Part shown: piece after piece, positions 1 through 10,935 of the stretch
Position numbering within the stretch: position 1 is the first letter of the stretch
Layout: every line of letters starts with the position of its first letter
Origin: Wickerhamiella versatilis
Lineage: Eukaryota
Assembly: GCA_030867685.1 (NCBI GenBank)
Contig: JAQOWU010000008.1
Span: 1,488,001-1,552,000, forward strand
Direction of reading: 5' to 3'
DNA: 64,000 bases
Made by a program: the position numbers and the translations under genes
Notes under the pieces: generated by a model
Seen by the model: only the letters and a program-made list of their open reading frames with translations
Told to the model about the DNA's origin: nothing
The model's database searches: none

Positions 1-569
1 AATTCAAAATCCTTAGAAAAAATTCCGGGGTAGAATATCAGTGCCTGCGCATAGCTCCAAAAGAGGGAGGGAGCGTCGTTTAGCTATGCTCCACCTCCGA
101 TAAGAAAATTTATCTAAGTGATATCTCCTTATCTTACTCTATCGAGTCAAATGACTGTAAGATGAGGTGCATAATTATTATTAGTGTAACAGCTCTATCT
201 ATGTGAAAACTGCACAAAGGGATATTCGTAAAAATGCGCCAATTACATATATACCCATGAGCTGAGAGAGAACTACTTTCTGCATGTCATAGTGAGCTAT
301 ACCATGTCTACTGAAATTATTAGGACCACCTATAATAGATGGCAGTCATCTGTAAGGTAGCCAGCATTTTTATTTTCAGAGTATTGGTCAACCGAAATAG
401 AAGCAAAGCATGCACTTGAGCCTTCCAACCAAATTCTCTCTACCATTTAATAATTTTGGTTGGAGACTTTACCCAACCTAGGATCCGACTTCGCGCTCCG
501 ACGCAAAAAAAATTGGTTGCATATCTAGCATGTTGGACTCTGTTTCAAAATCACTAGGAACCAAGATAT

Positions 570-2222
570 TTATTTGAGAGAAGTAATATCAGAGCCTGTG
601 ATCACACCAGTAGTTCCTACCAAAACATTAAGTGGTCGCTTTTGGTTTCGAGAGATGATATTCTTAACGGCTGCTACCTCGTTCAGGGTGCACCCGCCAA
701 CAAAGACAACCATAACGAGTGGATGCTCATACCCTGGTGTGTTACGCAACAATGTTCGACGCAATTTTGCTTCTTTTGGATCTTCGCCAAGCTGAGGTTC
801 GTCGAAGTAGCCGTAAGAACTCAAATCTGCTTTAAATTGACCAAAAGCTGCCTGTGCAAGCCTTGCTAAGACGGGAATACCTTGCTCAAGCTTCAAATGC
901 CTCTCTACACTTGAATATGAGAAGAGCAAAGTTCCAAGTAACTTATGCTTTTCCAATGATGTCAGGAGGGCCAAATTCCAGGGCCCATAGCATTTCAATA
1001 TTTCTTCGTAGAGCTGATGCAAAAGTTTCTCCTTTAGACCTCCCTTGACAGAGCACAAAAGACAAGAAAGTCGGAGGACAGTGCTAAGAGACGCTCCCCG
1101 GTACGCTATATCGCAAGTAGAAGCTATGGCTTGTGACGTACCCATCTGGGACAATTGAGATTGAAGGTCAAATGCCTGTCGTTCTTGCTCTAGTTGAGCC
1201 ATTGCCTCACTTGCTAATTGAGTGTGCACATCAACACGCCGTTGTGCGTTTTGAAGAGTGCCTAAGCGCGCTACGATAGCACGCATTTCATTGACGGAAC
1301 CACCATTCTCTGCCGAGTTCTCATTAATGTACTCTGCCTGGACTTGCTTTGCTGCGGTATGAATGCGTTCACAGGCTTCAGCAAATCCGACATCCCAAAG
1401 ATCTTTAAATAGAGAATCATCCTTGACAGTCGTACTCTTATTAACTACCCCGCCAGCAGATAAACCTAGGTACTCATCAATCACCCCGGCATAAGTTGTT
1501 TGCGTTTTTAGCAATTCAACCCAATCGCATGTGCGATCAAGCAGTACCACATGGTCAATAACAGCCCCGCTGTAAACATGACCAAAGCGCCTATCAAACT
1601 CATCATTCCAGGGTCTATTGTTTAACCCCTGAACAATGTCCTTTATATGCTTTGATGTTTTCCCGAATCCTGATATTCGACCGAAAGGCCCATATTTCTT
1701 CTGCAGGTTGTCTAGTGCTGTTGCAACAGACCAAGCGGTTTCGTCCTCCAAAGTGGGCAAGCCACCGTGGGGCAAGACAAGAGACACTAAATCTTCAATT
1801 GCCGTTTGGATGAACCCTACATTCCATTCCAAGACTCTAACGTCTCCAAAAAGCCCTTTATCCACCAGAATTTGCTCAGAATATAATGATTTGCCTGGAA
1901 CAAAAATCAATGCAAGCGTCCCATCAATAGATGCTGGTAATGCACACTTCACTATATTAGCCAGTGCAGATGGTGTGGGATACGAAAGAACTACAGTATT
2001 TTGTCCGAATCGTGTGTTTTCTGACAGGGTGGACACGGACTGGACCCCATGTGCTTGCAGCGTACTGAAGGGGCAAAGTGCACTCACCAGGGCCATTATA
2101 TTTGCATCTAAAATGAGATCCGCAGATTCAAACTGGTCCAGTAATGAAAGGAGCTCATTTCGTGCGGCATCCGAAAGCCACGCTCCTAACATAGGAGCTA
2201 TGTCAGCGCGAAGAATATACAT
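570..2222 (-). CDS. VPS33: Sec1/Munc18-family HOPS/CORVET subunit Vps33 (start may be ATG 2192)
   Basis: 550-aa ORF with LLDRTCDWVELLKTQTTYAGVIDE and C-terminal VVFVGGCTLNEVAA...GTTGVITG Sec1-family motifs; adjacent to COX8 as in S. cerevisiae. Confidence 0.9.
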   Translation of the reverse strand: MYILRADIAPMLGAWLSDAARNELLSLLDQFESADLILDANIMALVSALCPFSTLQAHGVQSVSTLSENTRFGQNTVVLSYPTPSALANIVKCALPASIDGTLALIFVPGKSLYSEQILVDKGLFGDVRVLEWNVGFIQTAIEDLVSLVLPHGGLPTLEDETAWSVATALDNLQKKYGPFGRISGFGKTSKHIKDIVQGLNNRPWNDEFDRRFGHVYSGAVIDHVVLLDRTCDWVELLKTQTTYAGVIDEYLGLSAGGVVNKSTTVKDDSLFKDLWDVGFAEACERIHTAAKQVQAEYINENSAENGGSVNEMRAIVARLGTLQNAQRRVDVHTQLASEAMAQLEQERQAFDLQSQLSQMGTSQAIASTCDIAYRGASLSTVLRLSCLLCSVKGGLKEKLLHQLYEEILKCYGPWNLALLTSLEKHKLLGTLLFSYSSVERHLKLEQGIPVLARLAQAAFGQFKADLSSYGYFDEPQLGEDPKEAKLRRTLLRNTPGYEHPLVMVVFVGGCTLNEVAAVKNIISRNQKRPLNVLVGTTGVITGSDITSLK

Positions 2223-2437
2223 AGAAAATAGTAAAAATCCTAAACTAAACTACCGTCAAGGAACGGAGTATTTACTCCTCATCCTTAGACTTAGCGTAAT
2301 TAGCGTACCACTGATCACGCGCATCGTTCTTCGGCACATGGTAAATGTGCCACCAAGCTGATGCAGATACGAGTCCGAGACCGAGTGCTGCGTTAGAATT
2401 TGTCCTTACGAACTACTAGCGTATTCTTGTGTACTTA

Positions 2438-2610
2438 CCAATCGAAATGTCCTTGACCACCTTTCTCTTCAAGGTTCCAACAACGCGAGTAGCTGGAGTG
2501 TTGGTAACCATTTTTTCTCAGGAGATATGAGCGGAGATGTAACCTGCTTATTACGCTGACCAATGAGCGTGAGCTCCAATCAGACGTGGGTTAGTAATAC
2601 CGCTATAATA
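2438..2610 (+). promoter_or_regulatory. Three CCAAT boxes (2438, 2560, 2576) and a TATA-like TATAATA (2604) upstream of COX8
   Basis: Motifs read directly; CCAAT/Hap2-3-4-5 control of respiratory genes is established in yeasts; function here is inferred. Confidence 0.45.
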
Positions 2611-2654
2611 CGACACACCTTTCCTCTGCACCTTCACTCATATAACATTTCGAT

Positions 2655-2903
2655 ATGTTCTCTGCGTACCGTACCTCCGCACTGCGTTCTATTCCACGTG
2701 GAAAAGTTCCTGTCTCGCGTAATTTCGCCACTTCTGGTGCCCGCTTGAGCCATGGACCTGAGGGCCCTTACTCAAACTTGCCCTTCGCTGTGCACAACAG
2801 AAAGATTCCTTATGGTGTGTTGCACTTCGTTTTCGGAGCTCTCGGTCTCGGTGTGCCGGCTATTGTAGTGTACTGGAACCTCAAGAAGTCTGGCAGTTTG
2901 TGA
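2655..2903 (+). CDS. COX8: Cytochrome c oxidase subunit VIIc (Cox8) with mitochondrial presequence
   Basis: Arg/Ser-rich presequence, then HGPEGPYSNLPF motif and one TM helix ending WNLKKSG. Confidence 0.93.
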   Translation: MFSAYRTSALRSIPRGKVPVSRNFATSGARLSHGPEGPYSNLPFAVHNRKIPYGVLHFVFGALGLGVPAIVVYWNLKKSGSL

Positions 2904-3052
2904 AGTAGAAAATGAATTAACTAAATATATATAGCGCGAAACGCAGTAACTATATGAAAAAATTATCGTGGGTTTAAAAAGATAAAGTAAAATTACGTGT
3001 CGACTTCATCAATGGGGTAGCTAGAAACCTAGTATAAAAAGACAAAAATTGA

Positions 3053-3137
3053 TGCAGTCACTGTGGATTGAACACAGGACCTCAAGATTCCAAGTCTAGC
3101 TCTTCAGTCTTGCGCTCTCCCACTGAGCTATAACTGC
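3053..3137 (-). tRNA. tRNA-Phe(GAA) with 13-nt intron (3089-3101)
   Basis: Minus-strand cloverleaf: acceptor GCAGTTA/TGACTGC, D arm GCTC/GAGC, anticodon stem CAAGA/TCTTG with CT-GAA-G|intron|A, T arm CTGTG-TTCAATC-CACAG; T-run downstream. Confidence 0.95.
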
Positions 3138-3308
3138 TATCGCTGAGATGTAGACTAAACCTGAACTAATAGTGTCCAAAAATTTACACACTGGATAAAT
3201 TCGAGCTTTTCTTTGAAAGTTATTTATGTTTCCCTGAGCAAGTTCAGATTGTGAGTGAAATCAGGTTCCTGTCATATACTGCAAAAAGCGATCGTGCGCA
3301 GTATATCA

Positions 3309-3409
3309 GGGCCATTAGTATAGTGGTAGTATGCCTGCTTCGGGTTACTTAACTCAGACTCTTAGAGTTGTATTTGCAGGTGACCCCGGATCGAGCCCGG
3401 GATGGCCCC
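3309..3409 (+). tRNA. tRNA-Pro(CGG) with 30-nt intron (3345-3374)
   Basis: Acceptor GGGCCAT/ATGGCCC, anticodon stem CCTGC/GCAGG with TT-CGG-G|intron|T, T arm CCCGG-ATCGAGC-CCGGG, TTATTTTT terminator. Confidence 0.92.
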
Positions 3410-3449
3410 TTATTTTTGCTCCCTAAAAAAAGGAGAGGAAAGCTTTAAT

Positions 3450-3478
3450 ATTTCATTTCATTTCATTTTATTTCATTT
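3450..3478. repeat. Imperfect (ATTTC)n pentanucleotide microsatellite
   Basis: atttcatttcatttcattttatttcattt. Confidence 0.7.
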
Positions 3479-3559
3479 AAATCATTTCGTATCATTATTA
3501 TTATTATACTGAAGTGCACTCGTTTGGCACTACTAAGAGCTTGCCTTAATGATAGAAGT

Positions 3560-6500
3560 CTATATAAAACTCTTTGTAAAGTCAAGCCCATCAGCCAATG
3601 CGATAGTTCGCTCTTCCTCACCATCTGAATCGTCATTGTCATGATCTTCTTGCTGCTCTTTGGCTGCTATAACCCGTTCTTTCAGCTTCTGAGCTAGCTG
3701 CAGCCTGTAAACCCAATTGTCTGTGTATTCACCACGGGCAGTGTGGATAGCCGCATATTGACTAGCCTTAAGGGCTAAATTCCTCACAAATAAACCCAGA
3801 TTCTCCTCAGAAACCACCTTGACTTCGTATGCTGTAAGACCATTGGCCAAATCTTCCTTGTGGTAGGCTCGAATTCTCCACTTGTCTTGCTGATAAGTGG
3901 GCATTACCACAATGTTTATAAAATTGAACTGAGAAGGTACCACGTCAAAGTCAAACTCACGTCCAGACTCATCAAAATAAATATTTACAAAATTGTTGCC
4001 AATGTGCCGTTTTTTGGAAGCAAAAGACTCATCGCCAGGAAGAGTCGGCATCATTGTAGTGACATGAAATATAATCTGTGCAATATGAGACCGCCAGCCG
4101 ATAGCAAATTTCCCATCCATATCATCATGTATGTCCAGCCCCCCAGTGTAAAATTCAGTATTACCGCGTAGACGTACCATGCTTCCCAGTGAGTGTAGAA
4201 ACTGACGGTAAGCAACAGAGCCTGAACTATTTGCCAAGATTTCTGCCTCTGAAGTTTGCCCTGGTGCTACATACACGATACCCACTTTATGAAAATCAAG
4301 AACCGGCGCACGGTCCAGAGCCCCTATTGCCCTGTTTGTGGCCTTGTCCATTGGTATCGGCAATGGCATCTCAAAGTCCGAGTTATCGGCCAGCGGTAGG
4401 ACGCTCTCAAGCATCCAGAAGTTAGAACTAAATATTTCATCGCTCTCATTTGAGAGGGCGTTGCTGTCCTGGTTGGACCCACCTTCTGCCGAGAGTGCGG
4501 GTCTGGAGGTCGGTTTGCACATATATACTATCGTGCCAGTAGGCCGGCGAATAGTGTGCGTCCCCTCGCCTGTAAACCGGTTGGTGACTATTTCATGTAT
4601 CGAGTAGTTAGAAAACCATCTCTTAACATCCAATCGTGGATCATTGGCAGCATCTGCGACATTCACAGCACTCGAGCGTAATGTCAAAGGCAGTTCCGAA
4701 TAAGTAAATCGCGCAATCATGTCAAATACTGTCATACTGGTTGGATCAATATGCTTTTCGTCATTATCTGCGAGAACCAAACTACGAACTATATATGGAA
4801 CGATAGCAGGTCTTGCAGATATATCCAAGGACAAAAATAAACAGCATATAGTAGAATAGGCCATACGAAGAGCATGCTGGGCTAATATTTCTCCGAAGGC
4901 CGCCAAACCTTGCTGCAGGAGATAGTTTGAATTTTGAATGTAAGTAAAGCACATCCCAAATACCCTCTTGTAATCCTGCTGAGTGAAATTATTTGTGAGC
5001 CACGGAACAAGACTCAAACTTAGCAGGAAATCGAGAATGAATGCCGATGAGTCTCGAGTCGTAATTTTTGTTTGAAATTTCGATAGTATTTGTGGCAGTA
5101 GGCGCTGAACGGAACCGGAGCACTCGTAACAGCACACTACCAGACAGTGTATTGCCCAATGACAAGACGTATCCCAGTTATTCATTCCCTGAACTAGTGT
5201 TGCTACCAAACGGTCATGATCACCCCGAGTAAATATATGATGGGGTACCAGCAAAGTAAGTACATGAATTAGAACACTGATATAATCAGATTTGCATTTG
5301 GTTTCAAAAGGGAGTCGTCCATGAGATACAATTGACAATGCCGAATTACGAAACACTACCAAATGGCCTTCACAATTTTTAAACAGTGAATAGTTCGATA
5401 CCTGCCACGCAGCTGAAACCAGTGTAGATTTTAGCACGTCTTCACAGGAATGCTCTAAAGCCAGGGTGGTGATCTCCAATAACGAAGATGTATCGATCAA
5501 AGTGCTAATTCCGTCGGCCCCAGTTTCTTTGGCATCACTTTCGTCATTATGACACTTCAATATCATAGACGGTATATCATAATTGTCAATGTAATCAACC
5601 TCAACTTCACCTATGATAATATTTGGCCCATAGGCTTCTTCCCGGGTAGGACGCGTAAACATCAACCGTCCAGAATTATCTGCACGCAAGCGACTAAGAG
5701 GGGCCCAGGCATTTCGGAAAGGCAAGCTATCTTGTAATGATTTTTTGCAGATCTCCACCAATACATAATAGAGAAACTTAGCCTCCTCAGCGTGTGTATG
5801 AAGAGTTTTCGCAAAGTTATGAGCAAATGCGCGCGCGATCTTTGCATTGGAATCAGTACTACCGTCATCTTTCGATGGAAATCTTCGTAATAGATTGTCT
5901 GTAATGGTCTTAGAATGTGACAAGCGGAAAGACAGAGGTAGGTCGTTATAAAGATATATTTGCTCATCACAGAGTTGAGGATCAGTATCTGAAAATAAAC
6001 GGTTTGTGATATCGTAGAAATCAAAGTCATTTTGAGCGAGAGCATAGACTGAATGCATAATTTCGAGAACTCTCTTTCGGACTGCCAAAGCTGCTGTTGG
6101 ATTATAAAAAGCATCAAGAACACGATCAATGTGAAGCTTCCAAGAGTCTCTTAAAGGAGAGCAGTAATGCGAAGCAGCTAATGCATCAATTACTCTAATG
6201 CTTGACGAGGTATTAAGCCATGTCGAAAGATCTAAACAAACATCAATGGTAGGCATTGCAGGCATTGCAGAATGACCATCTAACAAAGTCGATAGAGCAT
6301 CCAGAAGACCGATAATATATTCGCGACTTGTTCCTGCTTTTGCAAGAGCCTTCGACAACACTAGAGGTGATGCGGGGAAGCTCCAAAATATTGAGTGACC
6401 CCTAAGCATTTGACAGGATATTAAAAGAGTGGTCAAGGACGCAGCCAGTGCATCTTTCAAACGAGCTGGTGCAGGAAGTGCATCACTAAATGATTCCAAC

Positions 6501-7474
6501 AATAGCATCAAACGCCTCTCGTTATCAGATGCAGCTTCCACCAACATTTCTGCGGCACCAACGCGCATACTAGTTGTGACTTCAGGATCTGATGTTTCTA
6601 GAATACATCGTAAGCATTCGAACGCCGAATAACCAAGATGTGATTTATCAATATTCCTGATAGTCATGCTGGAGGCTTCCGATAGCTCTTTGACCACAAT
6701 TTTAAGACCACAGAGAGCCTCCAATACAGGTTGGAGCACTGTTGCTGGTAATATACCATAAGCCATAACCGTGTCAATCACCTCTAAAGCATCCTGAGCA
6801 TCTGAAACATCACTTGTATTCCTTATAATTACAACAGCGCAGAGCAATAGTTCCTCAAGATCTGATGGCTCATAGATACTCATGCTGAATTTTAAGGTTT
6901 GTACTGCGAACTGCATTAAGCTGTGGAAATTTTCGGATGTCGTAGTACCCCAATTTGTCGCGACATCTGTTGATTTGGGATCCATACGAAGTTTCTGAGC
7001 CCTCACAGCAAGAAGTTGGATCCACTCAATAAGCACCACTGAAAGGCAGCTAGTAGAAGGCTGGTTCACAATTCGCTTTCCTTCATCAGTTAGCCTCTTT
7101 AATGCATCTAGTACGATATCAAAATCTTCCACATTTGCATGTAATATAATTGTATTGTAATAAGTCGAAAATGCACTGTTGTTAATGTCGTCAAGGGAGA
7201 TGCAAGCAATAAGCAGTCTCCAACCCGCTCTTCTCAATTCGGCCGAATTTTCCAGGTCAAGAAGACAGCGGCAAGCGTACCAAAGCTCTTGAACGCTACT
7301 CACCGCACGTCCCTCAATAGAAGATCTGATCAGCTCTGCAGCGCTGATACGGTCCCCTAATTTGGCACTCTTCAAATTTATAACCCTTATAAGCTCATCA
7401 ATATTACTCGCGACACCCACCACAGCATCTGGTAATCGTGGCCCTGACCGGAACCGTCGCACGACAGACCACAT
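3560..7474 (-). CDS. TSC2: Tuberin (Tsc2), Rheb GAP with C-terminal Rap-GAP domain
   Basis: 1304 aa; DFHKVGIVYV...QIIFHVTTMMP...SKKRHIGNNFVNIYF Rap-GAP motifs; IRRPTG tuberin motif. Confidence 0.93.
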   Translation of the reverse strand: MWSVVRRFRSGPRLPDAVVGVASNIDELIRVINLKSAKLGDRISAAELIRSSIEGRAVSSVQELWYACRCLLDLENSAELRRAGWRLLIACISLDDINNSAFSTYYNTIILHANVEDFDIVLDALKRLTDEGKRIVNQPSTSCLSVVLIEWIQLLAVRAQKLRMDPKSTDVATNWGTTTSENFHSLMQFAVQTLKFSMSIYEPSDLEELLLCAVVIIRNTSDVSDAQDALEVIDTVMAYGILPATVLQPVLEALCGLKIVVKELSEASSMTIRNIDKSHLGYSAFECLRCILETSDPEVTTSMRVGAAEMLVEAASDNERRLMLLLESFSDALPAPARLKDALAASLTTLLISCQMLRGHSIFWSFPASPLVLSKALAKAGTSREYIIGLLDALSTLLDGHSAMPAMPTIDVCLDLSTWLNTSSSIRVIDALAASHYCSPLRDSWKLHIDRVLDAFYNPTAALAVRKRVLEIMHSVYALAQNDFDFYDITNRLFSDTDPQLCDEQIYLYNDLPLSFRLSHSKTITDNLLRRFPSKDDGSTDSNAKIARAFAHNFAKTLHTHAEEAKFLYYVLVEICKKSLQDSLPFRNAWAPLSRLRADNSGRLMFTRPTREEAYGPNIIIGEVEVDYIDNYDIPSMILKCHNDESDAKETGADGISTLIDTSSLLEITTLALEHSCEDVLKSTLVSAAWQVSNYSLFKNCEGHLVVFRNSALSIVSHGRLPFETKCKSDYISVLIHVLTLLVPHHIFTRGDHDRLVATLVQGMNNWDTSCHWAIHCLVVCCYECSGSVQRLLPQILSKFQTKITTRDSSAFILDFLLSLSLVPWLTNNFTQQDYKRVFGMCFTYIQNSNYLLQQGLAAFGEILAQHALRMAYSTICCLFLSLDISARPAIVPYIVRSLVLADNDEKHIDPTSMTVFDMIARFTYSELPLTLRSSAVNVADAANDPRLDVKRWFSNYSIHEIVTNRFTGEGTHTIRRPTGTIVYMCKPTSRPALSAEGGSNQDSNALSNESDEIFSSNFWMLESVLPLADNSDFEMPLPIPMDKATNRAIGALDRAPVLDFHKVGIVYVAPGQTSEAEILANSSGSVAYRQFLHSLGSMVRLRGNTEFYTGGLDIHDDMDGKFAIGWRSHIAQIIFHVTTMMPTLPGDESFASKKRHIGNNFVNIYFDESGREFDFDVVPSQFNFINIVVMPTYQQDKWRIRAYHKEDLANGLTAYEVKVVSEENLGLFVRNLALKASQYAAIHTARGEYTDNWVYRLQLAQKLKERVIAAKEQQEDHDNDDSDGEEERTIALADGLDFTKSFI

Positions 7475-7571
7475 GCTGACAACGCAATACTGTCTGGATG
7501 CAGATATAACTAGCGCTATCTCTCTCTATGGCTAATAAAAAAAGTTAATTGTTTTAATAATTGTCTTGATC

Positions 7572-7898
7572 TCATTGATTTTTTCGACGCTTTCTTTTTG
7601 CTTGTTGCAGTGATTCGGCCTCTTTGTGAGCTTGTTCAACCAAATCAGGGCGGAGAACTGGTGCGTTACGTAGCATCTCAGGGAGTATTAGCATGCTTAT
7701 ATGTGATCCACGAATATACACTAACTCTTTGTGGGTGACTTTGCCATCACGAGAGGTTGCTGCAACGTCACGTAGCTCAATGTTCATATTGTCCTCAGAA
7801 TGTATCAGTTTCCCTCTAAGAGCCTCACCTGAGTCTAGCTCAACAGTGACAATGTGCTCCTCTGCTTCCACGAGCAGTTGAAGGGGAATATTTTGCAT
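7572..7898 (-). CDS. SMD3: Sm core protein SmD3
   Basis: IPLQLLVEAEEHIVTVEL...EDNMN...VYIRGSHI...PEMLRNAP; divergent from PEP3 as in S. cerevisiae. Confidence 0.93.
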   Translation of the reverse strand: MQNIPLQLLVEAEEHIVTVELDSGEALRGKLIHSEDNMNIELRDVAATSRDGKVTHKELVYIRGSHISMLILPEMLRNAPVLRPDLVEQAHKEAESLQQAKRKRRKNQ

Positions 7899-7964
7899 TT
7901 ATGGGATGGCCCAGTATGTATGTATGTGTAAGCTGGCCTTGCAGCGGCAGCGACAAGATCGATC

Positions 7965-10457
7965 ATGGAGACGGCATTCGAACGGGTTCAGCTTATGTTT
8001 GGGCTCGAAAATATAGTAGACGTCAATGTTGCCAATAACATACTCTATATTGCTGTTGGTGCTGGTACAATTGTACGTATAGATTTAGGTGACCCATCGC
8101 GCGTTGTCGACATGCAACTACCTAATGGCGCTTCTTCTGTACGCAAAATCTTTGTTTGCCCCTGGACAGGAGCTCATATGATTGTTTTGACCAGTTCTGG
8201 TGATCACTACTATGTTCACATAGAGTCTACGAAGTTCCGCTCCCTAACTAGTCTCCGTGGGTTTCCAACTAAAGACATACTTTGGAATCCTGCATCCACC
8301 TCACGGAGGCTAGCCCCAATTGTTCTTGCATCTCCTGATGGTTTAGTAGAATATCTACTCCAGGGAACGGAAAAATATTTCAGACGAGATTCTCGCAACC
8401 TTATTTCATTGTGGAGTGGTGGATCAGTGGAGGCCCTTGCACTTTCTAAAGATGATAGTTCGAGAAAATTGTCGATTTTTGCGCTCTTGAGCGATGCGAA
8501 AATTGTAAGGTGGTGTGGAGAACTCGACGAAGAAGGATGTTCTTTTCGAAATGTCATTAAAGACCCACTAGATATGCTGGGTGTTGTATCAGAGGGAAAT
8601 GCCTCTAATTATTCTTTGGAGTTAAGCCCTGATGGTAAATTTGGTGTTGCAGGGGTGGATGATAACTTGGTGACGTTCCACACTGATGATCATCATGTAA
8701 CTGAGATAAATCTGGGCGACGCTCAGTGGGCAAAAGGTGGATGGTTTATACTCTCCGAATTCCACATAATTTTGGCTATTCCTAAAGTTCCATCGCTTCT
8801 GCTAGTAAATATTATCAATGGCGAAGCTTTTAAAGGACCTCCGCTTCCCTATGAATGTCAGAAATTTCGTGGAGCCATGAAAGATGGTGTGCAGAAAACG
8901 TATTGGACTTGGACTCAGGATGAAATATACGAACTAAAAATTGAGCATGAGAATAAAGGTATTTCTGCATTATTGGCAACTCAAGGCCGTTATAAAGAGG
9001 CTTTAGATGTAGCTCCACCTCAAGCTCGAAAACATCTTTTCGGTCTCTGGGCTTCTCAGCAGGTGACTGAAGATAAAATCAAAGCAGCACAACTTTTTGC
9101 ATGCAGTGATGTTAGTATTGAAACAGCTACACTCAATTTTGTAGATGAACCTAGAGCTATGGCTGAGTTCTTGTCAACAACTTTAAAGAATGTTCAACAT
9201 AAGGCTCCGAAGGTTGCTCTATCTACTTGGCTTATCGAGTTATATGCGCATATGAAGGACTACAGCTCTCTTGAAAAGGTACTTGAAGTTCCAGAACAAT
9301 TTGATGCGGGGGTGGTCCTTCAGATTTTAAGGGAACAGGGATTAAGCGCTCAACTTCTTAAACTTATGGAAAAGATTGGAGACTGGGCGGGGCTGGTAGA
9401 TTTTTACGTTACTCACGAGCAATGGGGACTTGCTTTAGAATGCTTGCGCGCACACGAGCACAAAGAAAGTATTTATAAACACATCAATGTGTTGTTAGAA
9501 AACTCACCAAAGGAAACGTGTGAAAGCCTTATGCGTATACGTGATATCGAACCTAATCGCCTTCTTCCAGCATTAATACAGCATGCAACGGAAAAAACAA
9601 ATACCTCACAGAATCAAGCGGTACGATACATGAGATTTCTGCTATTCAACGAGCAAGTTAATGACCAGTCTATATATAATGCCTTTGTTGCAGTGCATGC
9701 ACTTCGAGATGATGACGAACAAGAGCTTCTCAATTTTTTGAGGAAAAAAGCAACAAGCTTTGCGGATCACGACTTTTCTCTGAGAATATGTCTAAATCAC
9801 AAGTGCTGGAAAGCTGCGACATTTCTTCTAACACTAATGGGATTGTATGAGGAAGCTGTAAACCTTGCACTAAAAAATAACCTACTTGATGAGGCTGCAG
9901 AGGTTGTGGACCAGCTTCCTGATGGCCGTCTTCGCAAGCATCTGCTGTTAGAAGTAGCTGAAAAGACTATATCTTGTCGAGGACCTCAAGCTGCCATGAG
10001 GTTTGTTGGACTACTACGGGTAGATGATCTGCTAAATTTCTTCCCTGAATTTGAAACTCTGGATGAGCTAGCTCCTGAGATAGTAAAAGGTCTCGAGCGT
10101 GCGAAAATACATCTTGGTGCAATTACAGATGAGGTTGAGGAATCACTACAGGCTTCAAAGGAATTGCACGATGAGTCTCACAAATTTTCAGAGAGATCAG
10201 TTATCATTGAACCAGGCGAGCCATGCGCAATTTGTGATTACCCACTGGTTACGCGACATTTCTACGCTTTTCCCTGTCAGCATGCATTCCACTCGGATTG
10301 TTTATCTGACGCTATCAAGAACGGTGTCGATACAAAGAGGAAGAAGAAACTCGCTGACGGACGTACGAATGAAGCAATGACCCAAGAATGTGTACTTTGC
10401 TCAGAAAAACGTATTCAATTGCTAGATACATCTTTAGTTCCCCCCGACTTGACTTAG
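7965..10457 (+). CDS. PEP3: HOPS/CORVET subunit Vps18/Pep3
   Basis: 830 aa; beta-propeller N-terminus, LSTWLIELY helical repeat, C-terminal RING-H2 CAIC...FPCQHAFHSDC...CVLC. Confidence 0.92.
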   Translation: METAFERVQLMFGLENIVDVNVANNILYIAVGAGTIVRIDLGDPSRVVDMQLPNGASSVRKIFVCPWTGAHMIVLTSSGDHYYVHIESTKFRSLTSLRGFPTKDILWNPASTSRRLAPIVLASPDGLVEYLLQGTEKYFRRDSRNLISLWSGGSVEALALSKDDSSRKLSIFALLSDAKIVRWCGELDEEGCSFRNVIKDPLDMLGVVSEGNASNYSLELSPDGKFGVAGVDDNLVTFHTDDHHVTEINLGDAQWAKGGWFILSEFHIILAIPKVPSLLLVNIINGEAFKGPPLPYECQKFRGAMKDGVQKTYWTWTQDEIYELKIEHENKGISALLATQGRYKEALDVAPPQARKHLFGLWASQQVTEDKIKAAQLFACSDVSIETATLNFVDEPRAMAEFLSTTLKNVQHKAPKVALSTWLIELYAHMKDYSSLEKVLEVPEQFDAGVVLQILREQGLSAQLLKLMEKIGDWAGLVDFYVTHEQWGLALECLRAHEHKESIYKHINVLLENSPKETCESLMRIRDIEPNRLLPALIQHATEKTNTSQNQAVRYMRFLLFNEQVNDQSIYNAFVAVHALRDDDEQELLNFLRKKATSFADHDFSLRICLNHKCWKAATFLLTLMGLYEEAVNLALKNNLLDEAAEVVDQLPDGRLRKHLLLEVAEKTISCRGPQAAMRFVGLLRVDDLLNFFPEFETLDELAPEIVKGLERAKIHLGAITDEVEESLQASKELHDESHKFSERSVIIEPGEPCAICDYPLVTRHFYAFPCQHAFHSDCLSDAIKNGVDTKRKKKLADGRTNEAMTQECVLCSEKRIQLLDTSLVPPDLT

Positions 10458-10935
10458 ACATAAAATCGTGTTTATCTTATCGGCTTTATTAAGTTTACCC
10501 ATGTGACCTTCCCTATCTCCAGCTTCCGGTTTCTGCACTTCATGACAAAACAAAGTTCATAGCATAAATTTCAAGTTATTTATCGTATAAAGTTAGCGAA
10601 ACTTATTTTGGTCGACTCGAGGGGCTTTGTCGAATTCAATTAGTGGAAATTGATAAACTTTGAGTTTAATTTCAAAGGATCTAGAATATTTTTGGCTGAT
10701 ACTATGCTCTCGTTTAGCTGAATAGTTTTACCCACAGGCACTCTATTTACCTGGTAAAATCATAAACGGTGAACAAATGTCATTTTTAGTATTGCATTAA
10801 ACAAAACAGGAACTAAACGAAGTCTAATCTAGAATAATGTAATATTAATTGCTAATTGTCTACAAATTATTCTATCGAAGTTAAATCAGCCTTATAAACA
10901 CCATCTTCAGTCTCCTTCTCTATACAAATCTCACT

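Noticed and set aside
1-569. GATA-like sites and a GGAGG-GAGC/GCTC-CCTCC hairpin near 65-130
   Set aside because: Probably promoter DNA of a gene outside the window; short motifs not distinguishable from chance
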